DNA from: a bacterium
Lineage (GTDB): Bacteria > Electryoneota > AABM5-125-24 > Hatepunaeales > Hatepunaeaceae
Assembly: GCA_013202285.1 (NCBI GenBank)
Contig: JABMRV010000057.1
Span: 1 to 46,771, forward strand
Reading direction: 5' to 3'
Length of the DNA: 46,771 nt
Shown: positions 42,723-46,771 of the stretch, in pieces
How the letters are laid out: every line of letters starts with the position of its first letter
Position numbering within the stretch: position 1 is the first letter of the stretch
Translations under genes and position numbers: made by a program
The notes under the pieces: generated by a model
Told to the model about the DNA's origin: nothing
The model's input: the letters and a program-made list of their open reading frames with translations, nothing else
Databases searched by the model: none

Positions 42723-42751
42723 TTGACTTGTAACTTATGTTTGGTTAATAT
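42723..42751 (+). promoter_or_regulatory. Sigma-70-like promoter candidate upstream of the nucleotidyltransferase gene
   Basis: TTGACT (42723..42728), a 17-nt spacer, TAATAT (42746..42751). It would give a leader of about 210 nt containing a perfect 16-nt palindrome TCCGTCAGCTGACGGA (42767..42782). Confidence 0.4.
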
Positions 42752-42869
42752 GTTTCTGGTTCTTCGTCCGTCAGCTGACGGATTGGTGGGGCGGACATTC
42801 CTGTCTGTCACTTTTTGGGGAGCGTCAACTTCAGTCGGCGAATCCGTCGTATTGCGGATATAATAGAAT

Positions 42870-42909
42870 AATCTGAAACACGACTTGCGAGCAAGTCATG
42901 CCACCCGCC
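42870..42909. repeat. Intergenic palindromic repeat, copy 1 (40 nt)
   Basis: aatctgaaacacgacttgcgagcaagtcatgccacccgcc matches 44403..44442 at 37/40. It contains the inverted repeat GACTTGC..GCAAGTC. An associated 18-mer, aacttcagtcggcgaatcc, lies at 42827..42845. Confidence 0.8.
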
Positions 42910-42968
42910 AATGCGCCGTCATTTCAGCGTAATTCAAAGAGTACTAATAAACATTCTGAGTCTATAAT

Positions 42969-44381
42969 TTGGCTGATAGAAGAGATAATCGTCTGAATAA
43001 GATAATCGATGTCCTGCATGACGCCGGCGGCAGACCGATGCTAGTAGGCGGATGCGTCAGAGACAAGATTATGGGTATCGAAAGCAAGGATGTCGATATC
43101 GAAGTTTACGGGCTGTCCATCGAAGACCTGTATGACTGTCTTGCTCCGTTCAAACCGAAGATGATTGGCAAATCGTTCGGAGTCATCATGGTCGATGATT
43201 TTGACATCAGCCTACCGCGACGTGATAGCAAAGTTCCTGAGACCGCGGAGAAAAAAGGACACCGGGCGTTCGACATCTCTACCGATCCAAATTTGTCCTT
43301 TTCTGAGGCTGCTTCCCGGCGTGATTTTATGATAAACGCCATACTTGAAGATGCGTTCACCGGTGAGATCATCGATCCTCATAGCGGCGTCAGGGATATA
43401 AAGCAGAAAGTGATTCGGCATGTCGATGCCGATCATTTCAGCGAGGATTCGCTACGGGTGCTCAGAGCGGTTCAGTTTTCAGCGCGATTCGGCTTTGATA
43501 TTGCTGCTGAAACATTGGAGCTCTGCCGCAGCATCGACCTTACGGATCTGCCCAAAGAGAGGATACGAGAAGAAATTTTCAAACTGTTGGTGAAAGGGAA
43601 AAGCCTGCTTGAGCACGGTATTCCGGCGTTGATCCAGACTGGTGCAATCACTGTTTTCCCAGAGATTGTGAATATGCTGTATTGTAAACTTGATCCTGAG
43701 ATTCATTCCGAACAGCATCCGCGATATCTTGAATCAGACAGGGAAATCCCTCTACATAATGCCTTGGTTCATACTGCGTTTGCGCTGCAGCATGCCGCGG
43801 ATAATTTCGCATTTCCATCTGACAATGACCGGTTCAGGCTGATGCTGGGAATCCTCTGTCATCACATGAAAAAACCGGACACTTCAGATCATGATCCCGG
43901 AAACAGGCAGACTGAAGAAACTGTCTCAAATGCAAAACGTTTCCTGAAGAGGCTTACTGATGCAAAAGAGCTGATTAACGGAGTTCTGTCTCTCGTGAAA
44001 AACCACCTGTTTCCTCTCGACCTTGCGCAAGGAAAAGACTGCATACCCGATGATACACTCTTGAGACGTCTTGTGCTGAGGGTGAATATCGATGAACTTC
44101 TCCTGCTCGCAGAGGCCGATATGTTTGCCACTCACTCGTTTGAGAATCCAAGACAACTGATTAATTCAACACGCAGGATGTTTCATGAACGTATGGATGC
44201 TATCGGCATCCGGGATTCTGTGCCGGAACCGATCATCCAGGGGCATGATCTCATCTCTGAGGGCATGAAACCGGGACCTGAACTGGGCAGGATACTTAAG
44301 GAGCTTTTCGAGAGACAGTTGGATGGTGAGTTCGATACGCTTGGGGGTGGTCTAAATGTTTACAGGGAATTGTACGGGTGA
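42969..44381 (+). CDS. Class II tRNA nucleotidyltransferase (CCA-adding enzyme / poly(A) polymerase family) with an HD-like C-terminal region
   Basis: TTG start per the ORF track; the conserved head starts too early for the first internal ATG. Motifs: MLVGGCVRDKIMG...KDVDIEV (GG.VRD plus DxD), RRDFMINAI, EDSLRVLRAVQFSARFGF. The C-terminal helical region has LCHHMKKPD where HD-domain enzymes have HD. CCA-adding versus A-adding or PAP activity cannot be told from sequence by eye. Confidence 0.8.
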   Translation: MADRRDNRLNKIIDVLHDAGGRPMLVGGCVRDKIMGIESKDVDIEVYGLSIEDLYDCLAPFKPKMIGKSFGVIMVDDFDISLPRRDSKVPETAEKKGHRAFDISTDPNLSFSEAASRRDFMINAILEDAFTGEIIDPHSGVRDIKQKVIRHVDADHFSEDSLRVLRAVQFSARFGFDIAAETLELCRSIDLTDLPKERIREEIFKLLVKGKSLLEHGIPALIQTGAITVFPEIVNMLYCKLDPEIHSEQHPRYLESDREIPLHNALVHTAFALQHAADNFAFPSDNDRFRLMLGILCHHMKKPDTSDHDPGNRQTEETVSNAKRFLKRLTDAKELINGVLSLVKNHLFPLDLAQGKDCIPDDTLLRRLVLRVNIDELLLLAEADMFATHSFENPRQLINSTRRMFHERMDAIGIRDSVPEPIIQGHDLISEGMKPGPELGRILKELFERQLDGEFDTLGGGLNVYRELYG

Positions 44382-44402
44382 CGGATTCATCTAAGAACCA
44401 AT

Positions 44403-44461
44403 AATTTGAAACACGACTTGCAAGCAAGTCGTGCCACCCGCCGACTTTAGTCGGCGAATCC
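44403..44461. repeat. Intergenic palindromic repeat, copy 2 (40 nt) plus the adjacent 18-mer forming a second hairpin
   Basis: aatttgaaacacgacttgcaagcaagtcgtgccacccgcc has the stem CACGACTTGC/GCAAGTCGTG. It is followed by CGCCGAC-ttta-GTCGGCG and acTTTTc. It may double as the terminator of the preceding gene. Confidence 0.8.
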
Positions 44462-44512
44462 ACTTTTCAGTACCGGGAAGAGGAAGTATCGAATCTAAAG
44501 GAGTTGTCAACA

Positions 44513-46678
44513 ATGGCTTTGAAGGTAAATCAGGTGGATAACCACAGTGGAATATCGAAACAGGATGCCAGGCAAACCGATGCCGGTCCAAGAGAGGATG
44601 AATTTATCGAGGAATTTGAGAAAGAACTCGAAGTCCTTTTTGAGAATGTTATTGAGAGTATTCCTCCTGAATATCAGTATCCCGACCAATGCCGAGCACG
44701 AATAAAGTACTTTGATAAAGTTTATAGAACACCCAATTTCAAGAAGACTCCCTGGAAACTGTCATCGGACATCATCGCGCAGGAGAAAAAAGTCGGCATC
44801 GTCGAGGTTTATTACATTCAGGAGATGCCAACTGCGGATGAAGGACCTTTTCTTAAACGGGAAGTCGAGCTGATCAATACTATTGCCAATCGGTTGGGTG
44901 ATTTCATACATCACCAGTATCTCCTGCAGGTTCAAGATGATGCAGAGCATGACGAGATTGATTCAAAACAAAACAGGACGCTTGAATGGCGGATAGCGCT
45001 GGGAATGACGCGCAGGATAGATCGGGCGATGTTCCTCAACATCACCCGAAAACTGCTCAATCACCTCGCCTGGAGCGACATTAGTGAGGCTAAGGAAATA
45101 CAGCAGCGGATCGATTCTGATGAACCCACCGAAATGAGTATCCTTGCAGGCGAGATAGGTGATGTAGAGGCTGACAATCAGCAGAACATCCTGGATCTCA
45201 GCGACGAAGTATTCGATATTGCTCAGGAGAATCTGCCATCGGCGGGTTTACTCTCGCTCATACAGGACTGGATGCAGGAATATCGCGCCGGTTTTCTGCT
45301 TAAAACCCTGATTAATATGAACTCCTCAATGGGTGAGATCAGTGATGCAATTCGACGTTTTGTACATCTTGTCCCCAAAGGAGTTGAACTTTCGTCTGCT
45401 GCCAGGGAGGGTCTGCGGGTGTCGCTTATCAGGCGGTTTCTTACCGATCAACTCGATTATATCAAGATCGCAAAGGACTACGTGGAGATAAGAGATTTCC
45501 ACGAACTGATGAAATGCATAATCTTCCCTGCCGATGGTCATGGACAGCTTGGCGGGAAGAGCGCAGGGTTGTTCCTCGCACGTCACATAATTAAGAAGCA
45601 TGGCGCTGAGAACGAGCTGTTGCGGAATATCGTGTATCCGAAGACATGGTTTATCTCTTCAGACGGATTGAACAGTTTTCTGCATTATAACAACCTTGAA
45701 GAGGTTTCCGAACAGAAATATAAGGACACGGAACAGATCCGGCAGGAATATCCTTCTATTATTCAGCGATTCAGAAGATCCCAATTCACTCCGGAGGTGT
45801 TCCAGGGACTCTCGATGGCTCTGGATGATTTCGGTGAGAATCCCATAATTGTCCGCAGTTCAAGTCTGCTCGAAGATCGCTTTGGAGCAGCGTTTTCGCG
45901 AATGTACAGGAGCTTCTTCCTCAGCAATCAGGGAAGCAAGGCTGAACGCCGCCAGGCATTAATGGAGGCGATTGCCGAGGTTTACGCTTCGACTTACTGT
46001 GCCGATGCCATAGAATATCGTGCGGAAACAGGTTTTATCGATTATCGCGAGGAGATGGGGGTCATCATCCAGGAGATAATAGGCAACAGAATTGGGAATT
46101 ATTTCCTGCCAACTTTTACCGGAAGCGCCCTCAGCAGCAATGAATTCCTCTGGTCTTCACAGCTTCATCAGGAAGATGGTTTGATACGGCTGGTTCCCGG
46201 TTTGAGTACTCGCCCAATGGAAAACCACAGCGGTGACTCTCCAATACTAATTGCTCCCGGGAAACCCAACCTCAGGATGTATGCGAAAGACGATGAGATC
46301 ATCCGAAAAGCTCCCGTTAACATCAACGTGATAAATCTGGAGACCAACAGCTTAGAATCGGTCAACATCCGCGATTTCCTGCACGAAAACGGTCCACAAC
46401 TCCCCGGTGTTCAGGAGATAATTTCAGTGGTACAGGAAAACCGGCTCAAGCAGTTATCGATGGAGGATATCGATTTCGAGCATGATGAAATAGTGGTTAC
46501 ATTTGAGGGATTGTTCGCAAACACATCGTTTGTCGAGACAGTAAATAAAATATTGAATACGCTGAAGGAGACGATGGATACGCCTGTGGATATAGAGTTT
46601 GCTTATGACGGGAAGAATCTGTTTCTTCTCCAGTTCAGACCTCAGAGTTTCGCAACTCCGGCTTTCAGACCTAAATAG
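44513..46678 (+). CDS. PEP/pyruvate-binding (PPDK_N / ATP-grasp) domain protein with an N-terminal extension of about 340 aa of unknown function
   Basis: The ORF track starts at TTG 44504. The ATG at 44513 has AAGGAG 9 nt upstream. Motifs: GGKSAGLFLA, IIVRSSSLLEDRFGAAFSRMY, PVDIEFAYDGKNLFLLQFRPQ. No phosphohistidine swivel domain and no PEP-utilizer TIM-barrel domain follow. Confidence 0.8.
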   Translation: MALKVNQVDNHSGISKQDARQTDAGPREDEFIEEFEKELEVLFENVIESIPPEYQYPDQCRARIKYFDKVYRTPNFKKTPWKLSSDIIAQEKKVGIVEVYYIQEMPTADEGPFLKREVELINTIANRLGDFIHHQYLLQVQDDAEHDEIDSKQNRTLEWRIALGMTRRIDRAMFLNITRKLLNHLAWSDISEAKEIQQRIDSDEPTEMSILAGEIGDVEADNQQNILDLSDEVFDIAQENLPSAGLLSLIQDWMQEYRAGFLLKTLINMNSSMGEISDAIRRFVHLVPKGVELSSAAREGLRVSLIRRFLTDQLDYIKIAKDYVEIRDFHELMKCIIFPADGHGQLGGKSAGLFLARHIIKKHGAENELLRNIVYPKTWFISSDGLNSFLHYNNLEEVSEQKYKDTEQIRQEYPSIIQRFRRSQFTPEVFQGLSMALDDFGENPIIVRSSSLLEDRFGAAFSRMYRSFFLSNQGSKAERRQALMEAIAEVYASTYCADAIEYRAETGFIDYREEMGVIIQEIIGNRIGNYFLPTFTGSALSSNEFLWSSQLHQEDGLIRLVPGLSTRPMENHSGDSPILIAPGKPNLRMYAKDDEIIRKAPVNINVINLETNSLESVNIRDFLHENGPQLPGVQEIISVVQENRLKQLSMEDIDFEHDEIVVTFEGLFANTSFVETVNKILNTLKETMDTPVDIEFAYDGKNLFLLQFRPQSFATPAFRPK

Positions 46679-46771
46679 TGTTTGTTGAAAAATTTCCTTC
46701 TGTGTAATTCCTGCGCAGTAGGCTGTCTGAGAATGTCATCTATCCGCTGGAAGACGCCCTCGTCTTCCAGC

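Noticed and set aside
42584-42863. Small ORFs 42584..42811 (-) and 42663..42863 (+) in the intergenic region after the giant gene.
   Set aside because: They span terminator hairpins, a T-run and the promoter-like region. They have no RBS, and their products are basic and low-complexity. They are more plausibly non-coding regulatory DNA.
46642-46770. A possible C-terminal end of a convergent minus-strand gene entering from the right edge (my translation ...LEDEGVFQRIDDILRQPTAQELHRRKFFNKHYLGLKAGVAKL*), overlapping the PPDK_N gene end by 37 nt.
   Set aside because: Only about 42 codons are visible, there is no motif, and it overlaps a supported CDS. It cannot be supported from this window alone.

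Overview
This 46.8-kb window is dominated by one uninterrupted 30,159-nt ORF (12371..42529, +; 10,052 aa, about 64% of the window). It has a Sec signal peptide and a C-terminal tail matching the type IX secretion (T9SS) sorting-domain pattern, so I read it as a giant mosaic surface protein or adhesin. The T9SS tail suggests an FCB-group bacterium, which is inference only. By hand parsing it holds roughly 85 modules: 4 NIDO-like modules, a 7-repeat LVIVD propeller, PA14, 6 copies of an unassigned beta-propeller-like module, one unique alpha/beta module, about 40 Ig/ASH (choice-of-anchor-D-like) domains, cadherin/He_PIG-like and VNDPP (tandem-95-like) repeats, and a conserved C-terminal cassette. 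Left of it on the minus strand lie three units. The first is a 5-gene two-component phosphorelay operon (9518..5015). The second is a 1,179-aa T9SS-sorted paralog sharing the propeller module and C-terminal cassette (4785..1246). The third is an edge-truncated secreted LamG protein (1177..1) that the ORF track missed. A SulP/STAS anion transporter (9798..12011) sits between the operon and the giant gene. Downstream are a class II tRNA nucleotidyltransferase (CCA-adding/poly(A) polymerase family) and a PEP/pyruvate-binding (PPDK_N-only) protein. I found no rRNA, tRNA, CRISPR array, transposase or integrase. The main second-look items are listed here. (1) An Arg-rich junction motif (EPxRD..RxLR..PRRD) precedes every non-Ig payload module. 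(2) A G10 homopolymer sits inside the giant ORF, and a slip of one base in either direction gives an almost immediate stop. (3) An in-frame 2,967-nt segmental duplication carries a payload swap. (4) The propeller, WGDDP and GWN module families are unassigned and shared with the neighbouring paralog. (5) The phosphorelay resembles a Spo0B/ChpT-type relay but has no DNA-binding output. Domain family names are pattern recognition from the translated sequence, not database hits. Sub-feature boundaries are approximate, within about 10-30 nt.
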